From: Chitinophagaceae bacterium
GTDB taxonomy: Bacteria; Bacteroidota; Bacteroidia; Chitinophagales; Chitinophagaceae
Reading direction: 5' to 3'
Assembly (NCBI GenBank): GCA_031425715.1
Contig: JANPJW010000044.1
Coordinates: forward strand, 1 to 46,972
DNA: 46,972 nt
Both the position numbers and the translations under genes were made by a program. Position 1 is the first letter of the stretch; every line of letters begins with the position of its first letter. Positions 19,569 to 28,875 of this stretch are shown piece by piece. The notes beneath the pieces are model-generated. The model saw only the letters and a list, made by a program, of their open reading frames with translations. It ran no database searches and was not told where the DNA came from.

Positions 19569-22500
19569 ATGAATAAATTATTTACCGTCCTCGCCATTGC
19601 CTTATTTTCTCTTGCTTACACTACCTCTACTTATGGTCAGGCTAATATTTTTAATCCCAGTGATCCGGATTTAATTTTTACAGCATCGAACCAGCCGGCG
19701 CCACCGGCAAACAATAATGTCAATAAATGGGGGCACACAACTCGCTTAGGATGGAATCCATTCTCTTTCGGCTTCAAATCCTACATATATCAAGGAATGG
19801 CTTTTAGATTGAAGTTTCCTAAGACATATCAACACAATGTGACGGATGGCAAAAAATATCCTCTTTTTATATTTTTTCCTGGAAGGGGAGAGGCTGGTCC
19901 AATACATGATAACGAATACCAGTTACTGCACGGTGGGCAACTACATGCGCAAAAAGTAAATGATGGCACCTTCGATGGGTTTTTATTTTATGGCCAGACT
20001 TTGAATGGTAGCTCACAAGAATATTTTTCGAGAATTTCTAACATCATTGATTCTTTAGTTAAATATGTTAAGGCTGATATTGACCGGGTGGTAGTAAGCG
20101 GGTTGTCCGCCGGAGGAGGTGCTGCCCTTGATGTTCTTGCGACGGATACTTACAACAAAAAAATTGCCGCATCTCTTCCTATTTCCGGGGCTTCTACAGG
20201 TATGGTGCAATATTTTCCCAGATATATTACAGTCCCCATTTGGATATCAAATGGAGGCCTTGATCCGTCTCCTGCGCCTTTTACCGTTGACTATGTAATA
20301 ACCGAGTTCAGGAAACTTGGAGGAAAAATTGACCAAACTTTTTTTCCTACACAAGGTCATGGGGTTTGGGGAAGTTTTTGGAATACTGCCGGATACTGGC
20401 CATATTTAAGTGCTCAGCATAAAGCAAATCCGCTGGTATATTTTCAGCGTAACGAATTTTGTCCGGGGGTTACGGTGGATGCTAGACTGGGGTTAAATCC
20501 AGGGTTTAACGCCTATGAGTGGGACAGAAATGGTGTTGTAATACCGGGCGCTACATCAAGTCAGCTAATTGTTAATTCATTTGGAACTTATAGAGGACGA
20601 TTTCGGCGGACCGCCACTTCAGCTTGGTCTGAATGGTCGCCAAACCCTGTTGTAGTTGCAGAAAAACAAGGTACAGTTTCACCGCCCATACAGGTAAACG
20701 GTATGTTTAGTACGGTGTTGCCCTCAGTTGACGGACGGACCACAACTCCCCTTACCATTCCAAACACTTATTCCGCTTATGAATGGAGAAGAATAAGTGA
20801 TAATGCCCTGGTAAGTTCCACTAACTCCTATAGTGCCCCTGTTGGTCAGTATAAAGTAAAAGTTACGGAACAATTTGGTTGTAGCAGTATTTTTTCTGAT
20901 CCATTTACTGTAACTGCGGCTGCAGGTACCAACCTTCCCGACAACATTAATAATTTTAGTGGAGTAGCCCTAACCAGTAGTTCAATTCAATTAGATTGGA
21001 ACGATAATCCCGCACCCACACACAATGAGACTGCTTTCGAAATTTTTAGAAGTACCACTCAGGGTACAGGATACAAATTGGTGGGCAAAACAGCCGCAAA
21101 CGTTTTGTCTTATGCAGACCAAGATTTGTTGTCTAACACAACCTATTATTATGTTGTAAGAGCCATTAATTTAACAGGTGCAGCACCTGTAAGTAATGAA
21201 ATAATTGTCAAAACCAAGAATGACATTGTTGCGCCTTCAGCTCCTTCAAATTTGAGGGTAACCGGCTCATCAAGATCTTCTATTTCGTTAGCTTGGGATC
21301 CCTCGTCGGATGATGTATCTGTGTTCAAATATGACGTTTATGTTAACGGCGTGAAATCTTTTATCACGGCAAATACTTCTATAACAGTTAGTGGTTTAGC
21401 TGCATCTCAAACTTTCACCTTATATGTTAAGGCAAGAGATCTGGCAGGTAACGAATCCCCAAATAGCAACCAGGTTAGTGCAGTATCTGCATTGCGTGGG
21501 TTGAATTATAAATATTATCTTGGAACATGGAGTGTGTTGCCAAACTTTAGTTTGCTCACGCCACAATCAACTGGCGTAACACCCAACGTCGATCTTTCGA
21601 TAAGAACAAGGAATGACAATATTGGAATACTGTGGGAGGGATATATAAATATTCCAGTAACAGGTTCTTACACTTTTGAAACAAATAGCGATGATGGTAG
21701 CAAATTATATATTGGCCCGTATAGCCATACTGCTAATGCTCTAGTTAATAATGATGGATCCCATGGAGCTCAGTCAAGGACTGGAACTATCACACTAACT
21801 GCCGGTTCTCACCCGATAGCGATAACCTTTTTTCAAGGTGGCGGAGGCTATTCAATGCAGGTTTATTGGCAGAGTGCTGCTGCCGGTATAAGCAGACAAC
21901 TAATTCCAAATGCTGCTTTCACGGACAACATACCAGTGCCTCCAAATGCTTTGCCACTTAAACCAGGTGGGCTGACCGTGATAGCAAGTTCTTACAACCG
22001 GGTAGACATTAACTGGAGTGACCTCAGTGACAATGAATCCGGTTTCGAAATAGTGCGGTCTACAAGCCTAACCGGAGCTTATCTACCAATTGGAAGCACG
22101 AATTCTAATGTAACTTCTTTCGCTGATAGCGTTGGGTTGAGCCCAAATACCAAATATTGGTATAAGGTGAGATCTATCAATCAATACGGCCAGTCAGACT
22201 TCATTAGCGTGTTGGAAGGATCTTGGGGATTAAATAGCAACTATACCGATGCCAGCGGAAACGGCAGAAGCCTTACTGCGGGCAGCTCGCCAACCTTTAA
22301 TACGGCCGACAAAAAAGAGGGTACTGCTGCTATTTCTTTAAATGGAAGTAACCAATTTGCGGATATGCCCTTTAGTTCAGGAAGCAGGTTTCCTAGCAAT
22401 GCCTACACAACAAGGACAGCGTCTCTTTGGATGAAGCCGCTAGCAACAACAATAACTGCTGCTAATAAATTGGTTTTCGAATTCGGAGGTTCAGATAACG

Positions 22501-25500
22501 GATTGGCATTACGCTTTAGCAGCGGAAGTCTTCAGGCCGGTATTGCCAGCGCAAATGTGAGAGGTACGGCGGTCGTTAACAGTGTTACCACAAATGCGAA
22601 CTGGGTTGCCGGCGGCTGGAACCATGTAGCCGTTGTATACAATGTAAACGTCCTGAAACTCTTTATCAACGGTGTAGAGGTGGCTTCTACTAATCTTACT
22701 TTCAGTGCTGTAGGTTCCAGTACGAATTTCTCAAGGATTGGGGCTATCAATTCTACAAATGCTTTTAACTCATCAAGTTCAGGAACTAATTATGGAGGCT
22801 TACTTGATGATATTGTTATCATAACTGAGCCCCTAACCAGCAGTGGAGTGATAGCTTTAATGACCCAAAATTATGGGGCTGACACAACGTTCTTGTTACC
22901 CGCAACTCCATCTGTACCAGCAATCAGCTCTGCTACAGCTATAAGCACAACATCCGTGTCCCTCACTATTGCCGACAACTCTAACAATGAAACGTCTTTC
23001 GAAATTTACAGGTCTGTAGGAAGTTCAGCCAATTTTAGGCTGCAGGCTACATTACCAGCAAATAATGGAGCTACTATCAACTATCTTAACACCGATTTGT
23101 TTGCGAATACAGTTTATCGCTACAAGGTTAGAGCTGTGGGTATTGGTGGGGAGTCTGAATTCAGCTCGGAAGTTTCAGTAAAAACCCTGAACAATCTTCC
23201 TGTGATCGCTCCTGTTGCCAATACTACGGTGAGATATGATGGGCAAAAAAATATTACTATTGCTTCCACAGATAGTGATGGAGATGCGATGACTTTATCA
23301 GTTGTCAGCCAATTGCCAACCTTTGCTACTTTCACCAATTCTGGTAACGGTAATGGTATGCTGCAATTTGCGCCATCAGCTTTAGCTGACCAGGGTATTT
23401 ATCCAATTTCTTTAGTCGTAACAGATGGCAATGATGGAAAGGACACCCTTGATTTTACTATCACGGTGAATGATAATTACACTCCTGTAATTACTGCTAT
23501 TGGAGATCAAACAGTGGCCGAGGGAAGTTCTATTAGTATTCAATTGGCAGCAACTGATCAAAACGGAAATAGCACTTTAACATGGGCTATTTCGAATGCT
23601 ACTTCTTTCATAACCCTTACTGATAATGGGAATGGCTTGGGTAATTTGAATGTAACACCAGGTTACCTAAATGCGGGAGTTTACCCTGTAACAGTTATCG
23701 CAAGCGATAATGCAGGCGGTAATGAGGCGGCTACTTTTAATCTGACCGTAACTAATGTAGCGCCTACCGAGGAGAAAGTATTTATAAATGTGAAATATAC
23801 AAGTGCTGATGCGCCTGCTCCCTGGAACAATGTTTCTGCTACAAATACAAATGGATTATTGAACAGTAATGGAGCATCTACTCCAATAGGAATTGAATTT
23901 TTGGGTACGCCATGGAATGGGGGTAACGCAGGTACAGTTACTGGTAATAATTCTGGCGTATATCCTGACGCTGTATTGCGTGATTATTTTTACTTTGGTG
24001 TGTTTGGTGCGCCAGAAACAGTTAATGTGAATCTCAAGGGCTTAGATCCATCCGGCAAGTACAATGTTACCCTTTATGGAAATAGTGGATGGACGGGCCT
24101 AGGAAATAACGGTACAACAGTTTACAGTATAAATGGTGTTCAAAAGCCACTATACGTTGATAACAACACACAGAATACTGTAACATTTAGTTCAGTTGTA
24201 CCTAATGCGTCTGGAATCATTACAGTGAATATGAGTAAGGGCGCTGCCACTCCATACGGACTTTTAACTTCTGTTGTGTTGACAAAACCTTTTGACGATG
24301 GCACTGCTCCTGTTTTACCAACAAACCTAGCTGCTCAGGCCTTATCAAATGGAACAGTGAAACTTAGTTGGAACGATTTAGCTTACAACGAAGAAAAATA
24401 CAATGTATTCCGTTCATTAAATGCAGCAGGTCCTTTCACACTGTTAAACCCTGGTGCTGCTAATTCTAACGACAGCACATACATTGACAATAGTGTTGCA
24501 AGCAGTACAACCTACTATTATAAGATAGAAGCAATCAATCTTAATGGCTCTTCTGGCCAAACAAATGTGGTGAGTGCCGTTACCGCCAATAAGGCGCCTG
24601 TATTAACTACCCTAAATGACGTCGTACTAAAAACTGGTCAGAATACTGTAATTAACTTTACTTCTTCTGATGATCTAGGCGATATCTTGACGGCCAGTGT
24701 AATTGGCCTGCCATCATTTGCTTCGTTCCAAAATAATGGTAGCGGCAATGGTAGCATCTCATTCGCTCCGGGAGCTGATGATTTAGGGAGCTATCCAGAT
24801 ATTATTGTAAAAGTTACAGACAACGCCGGAGCCAGTGTTTCAGATACTTTCAAAGTATCTGTAATTGATGCAAATGTTCGCTCGGTATTCATTAATTGGT
24901 CAGTTCCTCAAGGTACTCCACAGGCAGCACCATGGAATAATTTCCTGTCTTATCCATACGCCAATGCACCTCTCTCCGCTTTGAGGGATGATGCAAATGT
25001 AAATACTAACTTCAGCGTTCGTTTGCAACAGCAATGGGATGGTAACCTTCTCAATGGAATGACTACAGATGGAAATGCAGGAATTTTTCCAGACAATGTG
25101 ATGAGATCAAGCATATTCACTACCAACACAAGCGCAAGAGGAATTCAAATAGATGGATTAGATCCTGCAAAAAGGTACAACGTGGTACTATTTAGCAGTC
25201 ATAATGCCGGCTCTAGTGCGATGGTTTCATTCAGTAGTGGTGCTCAAACAATTACGCAAGAATCGAGGTACAATGACAATTCATCTGTGCAGTTAAATGG
25301 TCTGATTGCAAATAGTGCCGGCACATTGGTTGTTACAGCTACTAAACTGGCAGGCGCAGCTTTTCTAAATCTTAACGCAATGATCATTGAAGAATACACT
25401 GTTTCTACACCTTTGATCAGGCCTCTTTATCTAATAGCAGAATCAATCCTGGACTTAGGTAAAGTAAAACTTACCTGGGCAGATAGATCCACGAACGAAA

Positions 25501-26582
25501 CCGGCTTTAATATTTATCGTTCTACTTCCCTAAATGGAACCTATGGGCTGGTAGCTACGGTAGCAGCCAATGTGAGAACCTACACAGATGTCAATTTAAC
25601 ATCAAATCAGAAATACTATTATAAGGTATGTGCTGTCAACGGTGATGGACCTAGTAATTATAGTAACATTTCTTCTGTGGTAATGCCTTCTCAGATAGTA
25701 TTTGTAAATTTCAATGTGAACGTTGCTCAAAATGCTCCTACACCATGGAACAACACCAATAATCCTCCTTCTGCCGGAGCTACTTTTAGCAACTTAACAA
25801 ATAATGCAGGAGGTAATAGTGGGCTAGAATTGGTTATCACGGAAGGTTTTAGCGGTCCAGGTTTTACAGGTGTTACCGGAGCAGGCTTATTTCCTAGTGG
25901 CGTAATGGAAAGCAATTACTGGAATGATGGCGGCCAACTTTCTCAACTGAAGTTTAATAACCTGGACATAAAGAAAAAATATAGGATAGGATTTTTCGGA
26001 AGTGCGATTTTCACCGGAGGTTATTCGGTTGCTAACTACGAGTGTAACGGCAAATCTGTTCAATTGAATAGCCTTTACAATAATTCTAAGATTGTTTATC
26101 TGACAGACCTCGTTCCTGTAGATGGAGAGCTGGTTGTAAACGTTACAACTGCTGCTGGGTCACCTTATTCCTTTACGGGAGCGGTTACTGTAGAGTCTTA
26201 TAATGAGGTAGTAGAAGAGGGGGCGCCAATGGCAGTGTTGCCATCTAGATATGTAAAAGGTTCTCAACCCGTTGATCTAGCCGTTAAAGCTTTGCAGCCG
26301 AAGGAGGTAATAACAACGTCTGATATAAGCGTTTTTCCCAATCCTTTTACTGATAAAATAGACGTACAGTTCTTTAACAAAAAAAGCGCAGTTGTAACGC
26401 TGCTTTTGTACGATCTTAATTCAAGATTAATTTATAAGACAGCGGACGTAAGACAAACTGCTGGTCAAAATAAGCTCACAGTTAACCTGCCAGCTAAGTC
26501 AATATCGCCGGGCAGTTATATCGTTAGTATAATTGTTGATGGGAAATTGGCTAAAGCAGTGAAACTAATAAAAGTCAACTAA
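19569..26582 (+). CDS. Giant T9SS cargo (2337 aa): esterase-like domain, Fn3 repeats, PA14, LamG, Ig/cadherin-like domains, three repeated CBM-like modules, type-A CTD
   Basis: Signal peptide TYG-QA; FFPGRGE, GLSAGG, GGLD and GHGVW (serine hydrolase triad); several W.D...NE.GF/AF.I.RS Fn3 units; PA14 (GLNYKYY...TFETNSDDGSKLYI); LamG (GWNHVAVVY...LFING); CTD (VFPNPF...LYDLN...PGSYIV...KLIK). Confidence 0.85.
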   Translation: MNKLFTVLAIALFSLAYTTSTYGQANIFNPSDPDLIFTASNQPAPPANNNVNKWGHTTRLGWNPFSFGFKSYIYQGMAFRLKFPKTYQHNVTDGKKYPLFIFFPGRGEAGPIHDNEYQLLHGGQLHAQKVNDGTFDGFLFYGQTLNGSSQEYFSRISNIIDSLVKYVKADIDRVVVSGLSAGGGAALDVLATDTYNKKIAASLPISGASTGMVQYFPRYITVPIWISNGGLDPSPAPFTVDYVITEFRKLGGKIDQTFFPTQGHGVWGSFWNTAGYWPYLSAQHKANPLVYFQRNEFCPGVTVDARLGLNPGFNAYEWDRNGVVIPGATSSQLIVNSFGTYRGRFRRTATSAWSEWSPNPVVVAEKQGTVSPPIQVNGMFSTVLPSVDGRTTTPLTIPNTYSAYEWRRISDNALVSSTNSYSAPVGQYKVKVTEQFGCSSIFSDPFTVTAAAGTNLPDNINNFSGVALTSSSIQLDWNDNPAPTHNETAFEIFRSTTQGTGYKLVGKTAANVLSYADQDLLSNTTYYYVVRAINLTGAAPVSNEIIVKTKNDIVAPSAPSNLRVTGSSRSSISLAWDPSSDDVSVFKYDVYVNGVKSFITANTSITVSGLAASQTFTLYVKARDLAGNESPNSNQVSAVSALRGLNYKYYLGTWSVLPNFSLLTPQSTGVTPNVDLSIRTRNDNIGILWEGYINIPVTGSYTFETNSDDGSKLYIGPYSHTANALVNNDGSHGAQSRTGTITLTAGSHPIAITFFQGGGGYSMQVYWQSAAAGISRQLIPNAAFTDNIPVPPNALPLKPGGLTVIASSYNRVDINWSDLSDNESGFEIVRSTSLTGAYLPIGSTNSNVTSFADSVGLSPNTKYWYKVRSINQYGQSDFISVLEGSWGLNSNYTDASGNGRSLTAGSSPTFNTADKKEGTAAISLNGSNQFADMPFSSGSRFPSNAYTTRTASLWMKPLATTITAANKLVFEFGGSDNGLALRFSSGSLQAGIASANVRGTAVVNSVTTNANWVAGGWNHVAVVYNVNVLKLFINGVEVASTNLTFSAVGSSTNFSRIGAINSTNAFNSSSSGTNYGGLLDDIVIITEPLTSSGVIALMTQNYGADTTFLLPATPSVPAISSATAISTTSVSLTIADNSNNETSFEIYRSVGSSANFRLQATLPANNGATINYLNTDLFANTVYRYKVRAVGIGGESEFSSEVSVKTLNNLPVIAPVANTTVRYDGQKNITIASTDSDGDAMTLSVVSQLPTFATFTNSGNGNGMLQFAPSALADQGIYPISLVVTDGNDGKDTLDFTITVNDNYTPVITAIGDQTVAEGSSISIQLAATDQNGNSTLTWAISNATSFITLTDNGNGLGNLNVTPGYLNAGVYPVTVIASDNAGGNEAATFNLTVTNVAPTEEKVFINVKYTSADAPAPWNNVSATNTNGLLNSNGASTPIGIEFLGTPWNGGNAGTVTGNNSGVYPDAVLRDYFYFGVFGAPETVNVNLKGLDPSGKYNVTLYGNSGWTGLGNNGTTVYSINGVQKPLYVDNNTQNTVTFSSVVPNASGIITVNMSKGAATPYGLLTSVVLTKPFDDGTAPVLPTNLAAQALSNGTVKLSWNDLAYNEEKYNVFRSLNAAGPFTLLNPGAANSNDSTYIDNSVASSTTYYYKIEAINLNGSSGQTNVVSAVTANKAPVLTTLNDVVLKTGQNTVINFTSSDDLGDILTASVIGLPSFASFQNNGSGNGSISFAPGADDLGSYPDIIVKVTDNAGASVSDTFKVSVIDANVRSVFINWSVPQGTPQAAPWNNFLSYPYANAPLSALRDDANVNTNFSVRLQQQWDGNLLNGMTTDGNAGIFPDNVMRSSIFTTNTSARGIQIDGLDPAKRYNVVLFSSHNAGSSAMVSFSSGAQTITQESRYNDNSSVQLNGLIANSAGTLVVTATKLAGAAFLNLNAMIIEEYTVSTPLIRPLYLIAESILDLGKVKLTWADRSTNETGFNIYRSTSLNGTYGLVATVAANVRTYTDVNLTSNQKYYYKVCAVNGDGPSNYSNISSVVMPSQIVFVNFNVNVAQNAPTPWNNTNNPPSAGATFSNLTNNAGGNSGLELVITEGFSGPGFTGVTGAGLFPSGVMESNYWNDGGQLSQLKFNNLDIKKKYRIGFFGSAIFTGGYSVANYECNGKSVQLNSLYNNSKIVYLTDLVPVDGELVVNVTTAAGSPYSFTGAVTVESYNEVVEEGAPMAVLPSRYVKGSQPVDLAVKALQPKEVITTSDISVFPNPFTDKIDVQFFNKKSAVVTLLLYDLNSRLIYKTADVRQTAGQNKLTVNLPAKSISPGSYIVSIIVDGKLAKAVKLIKVN

Positions 26583-26600
26583 GGGAAACCATCTATTACA

Positions 26601-26634
26601 AAAAAATCTGGTACCTGCAGGTACCGGATTTTTT
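26601..26634 (+). terminator. Intrinsic terminator-like hairpin after the giant T9SS gene
   Basis: AAAAAATCTGGTACC-TGCA-GGTACCGGATTTTTT, containing the perfect 16-bp palindrome GGTACCTGCAGGTACC and followed by further T tracts. Confidence 0.8.
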
Positions 26635-26664
26635 ACTTTTTTCTAAACCTCTAAAGAAACTATT

Positions 26665-28854
26665 GTGGACCTCCTCTATTTTTTAAAAGTATTATATAGA
26701 AAAAAATGGACTATAATTGCTTTAACTCTCTTGGCCATCATTACGGCATTTTTTTTCCTTGTAAATAAATCTCCTCTCTATACTTCGCTGGCTCAGTACT
26801 CAACAGGATTTACTTCAGAAAGGGTTAAATTAGTCGATGGCTCATCTGCAATTGACCTTTTTACGGTTGATGTGAAGTTTGACAATGTAATTGAGACGAT
26901 AAAATCTCCACAGGTGCTAAGTCGTATATCTTACTCCTTACTGCTGCACGACCTTACCAACTCTTCTAGTGCTTTTAAAACCCTTTCCGAAAAGGATAAG
27001 CAAAATGATGCTTACAAAGCAGTGAACAGGGACAGTATAAGAATACTGCTTACCGATAAATTAGCACAGAACCAACTCCTTAAATCAAATGTTAAGAACG
27101 AGTATGAAGCTTTAGAATATTTGAAGCTTTATGGCTTCGACTATAATACTTTGTTAGGAAATCTGACAGTATCAAGGGTAGCCAGAACTGATTATTTGGA
27201 TATTTTCTTTAATTCAGAAAATCCGAACTTATCAGCTTCAGTTGTAAATTCTATCGGCAATGAATTCTTGAATTATTATAGGAGCCTGAACCTTAGGAGA
27301 ACAAATGAAAGTGCCCAAAGTATAAAAGATCTTGTGCAAAGCCAGCAAAACAAAGTAGATAGTTTGGGGAAACAATTGTTGAATGAAAAAATAAGCCAGG
27401 GTACCATTGACCCGGTGAGCCGAACCACCAGTGCTATGGAAACTGTTACCGGTCTGGAGACGAGGTTAGCTGAGGAAAAAAGCAAATTCAATGAGCACTC
27501 AAATCGTTATAATTATTTAAAAACGAGACTAGGCGAATTGGAAGCCAGTATGAGCGGCGGAGGTGGCAATGATGAAATAGTTAAACTTACTAACAGGCGA
27601 AATGAACTTACCGAAGAATTGAATAGAAAGGGGGGTAGTGATCCTGTGTTGGAAAAACAAATAAGTGATCTTCGGGCCCAGATAAATGCAAAGGCCAATT
27701 CCGGCTCGGGAAAAGCAAAGACAAAAGATGCCATTGATGCCATAAAAGTTCAGATTAGCGAAGAGAGTGCTATGTTGAATGCTTCAAGATCGTCCGTTGC
27801 AGATTATGAAGCAAGTATAAGGCGTTATATGGGCATGACCAATACAAACCCTGGCAGTGGCATTAAGATGGACGTTATACAAACTCAGTTAGCTATGGAA
27901 AACAAACAGCTCGGGAACGTAAAAGAAATGTACAACCAGGTGCAAGGCCTTGCTAAGGATGATCCAACCTCTAACTTTATACAAACCCGCATAGGCCAAC
28001 CTGCTTCTGAACCAAATTCCAAGAAGACAATGGTAAAGATGGCCCTATCCGGAGCCTCGGTATTTTTCTTATCTGCTATTTTCTTTATTTTTCTTGAGAT
28101 CTTTGATTCTTCTGTTAAAACCCCAGGCATTTTTAGTAAGCTTTCAAAGGTGAAAATAGCTAATGTAGTAAACCAGGTGAATCTTAAGAAAAGCAATCCC
28201 TCGGCAATAATGTTGGAGGATACATTGGTAAATAAGTTTCGAAAAAACGATGTTTTTAAAAACAATATTCGAAAGCTCAGGTATGAATTGTTACACTCTG
28301 ATAAGAAGATATTCTTATTTACCAGTACCCAAAACAAAACAGGCAAATCAACAGTTATTGAAGCTCTTGCAACAAGTCTTACCCTCAGTAAGAAAAAGGT
28401 TCTTATTTTAGATATGAACTTTACAAATAATACCCTCACCCGTGCCTTTGGTACTGAAGTGTTTATTCAGGATGTGGCCCAAAACATTAACTTGTCAGCT
28501 CCATTTGCGCAACAAAACATTGCTGGAAAAACTCAGTTTGAGGGCCTTGATATTATTGGTTGCAGAGAAGGAAATACCACACCGTCGGAATCACTTTACA
28601 ATATTGATATCAAAAGTCTTTTTGAGTATTTAAAAGAGTCCTATGACTTTTTGTTGGTAGAAGGTCCCTCTCTTAACAATTTTGCAGACAGCAAGGAATT
28701 AGCACAATATGTCGAAGGTGTTTTTACAGTTTTCTCAGCCGATCTATCTATGCTTCAAGTTGATATGGAGTCTATGAGATTTATTGCTGACCTTAAAGGG
28801 AAAAACCATGGCGTTATATTAAACAAAGTTTTGACAGAAAATATTAATTCCTGA
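26665..28854 (+). CDS. wzc: Wzc-like polysaccharide co-polymerase (PCP-2a type) with a degenerate BY-kinase domain
   Basis: TM1, long coiled-coil periplasmic region, TM2, then TSTQNKTGKST, LILDMN, LLVEGP and GVILNKV; GTG start. Confidence 0.8.
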   Translation: MDLLYFLKVLYRKKWTIIALTLLAIITAFFFLVNKSPLYTSLAQYSTGFTSERVKLVDGSSAIDLFTVDVKFDNVIETIKSPQVLSRISYSLLLHDLTNSSSAFKTLSEKDKQNDAYKAVNRDSIRILLTDKLAQNQLLKSNVKNEYEALEYLKLYGFDYNTLLGNLTVSRVARTDYLDIFFNSENPNLSASVVNSIGNEFLNYYRSLNLRRTNESAQSIKDLVQSQQNKVDSLGKQLLNEKISQGTIDPVSRTTSAMETVTGLETRLAEEKSKFNEHSNRYNYLKTRLGELEASMSGGGGNDEIVKLTNRRNELTEELNRKGGSDPVLEKQISDLRAQINAKANSGSGKAKTKDAIDAIKVQISEESAMLNASRSSVADYEASIRRYMGMTNTNPGSGIKMDVIQTQLAMENKQLGNVKEMYNQVQGLAKDDPTSNFIQTRIGQPASEPNSKKTMVKMALSGASVFFLSAIFFIFLEIFDSSVKTPGIFSKLSKVKIANVVNQVNLKKSNPSAIMLEDTLVNKFRKNDVFKNNIRKLRYELLHSDKKIFLFTSTQNKTGKSTVIEALATSLTLSKKKVLILDMNFTNNTLTRAFGTEVFIQDVAQNINLSAPFAQQNIAGKTQFEGLDIIGCREGNTTPSESLYNIDIKSLFEYLKESYDFLLVEGPSLNNFADSKELAQYVEGVFTVFSADLSMLQVDMESMRFIADLKGKNHGVILNKVLTENINS

Positions 28855-28875
28855 TACAAATTAGTAATTAGCTTA

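Noticed and set aside
27276-28633. Antisense and alternate-frame ORFs inside wzc (up to 184 aa), and similar shadow ORFs across the window such as 12987-13487, 36809-37309 and 39783-40136
   Set aside because: They lie within or largely overlap well-supported genes and show no protein motifs.
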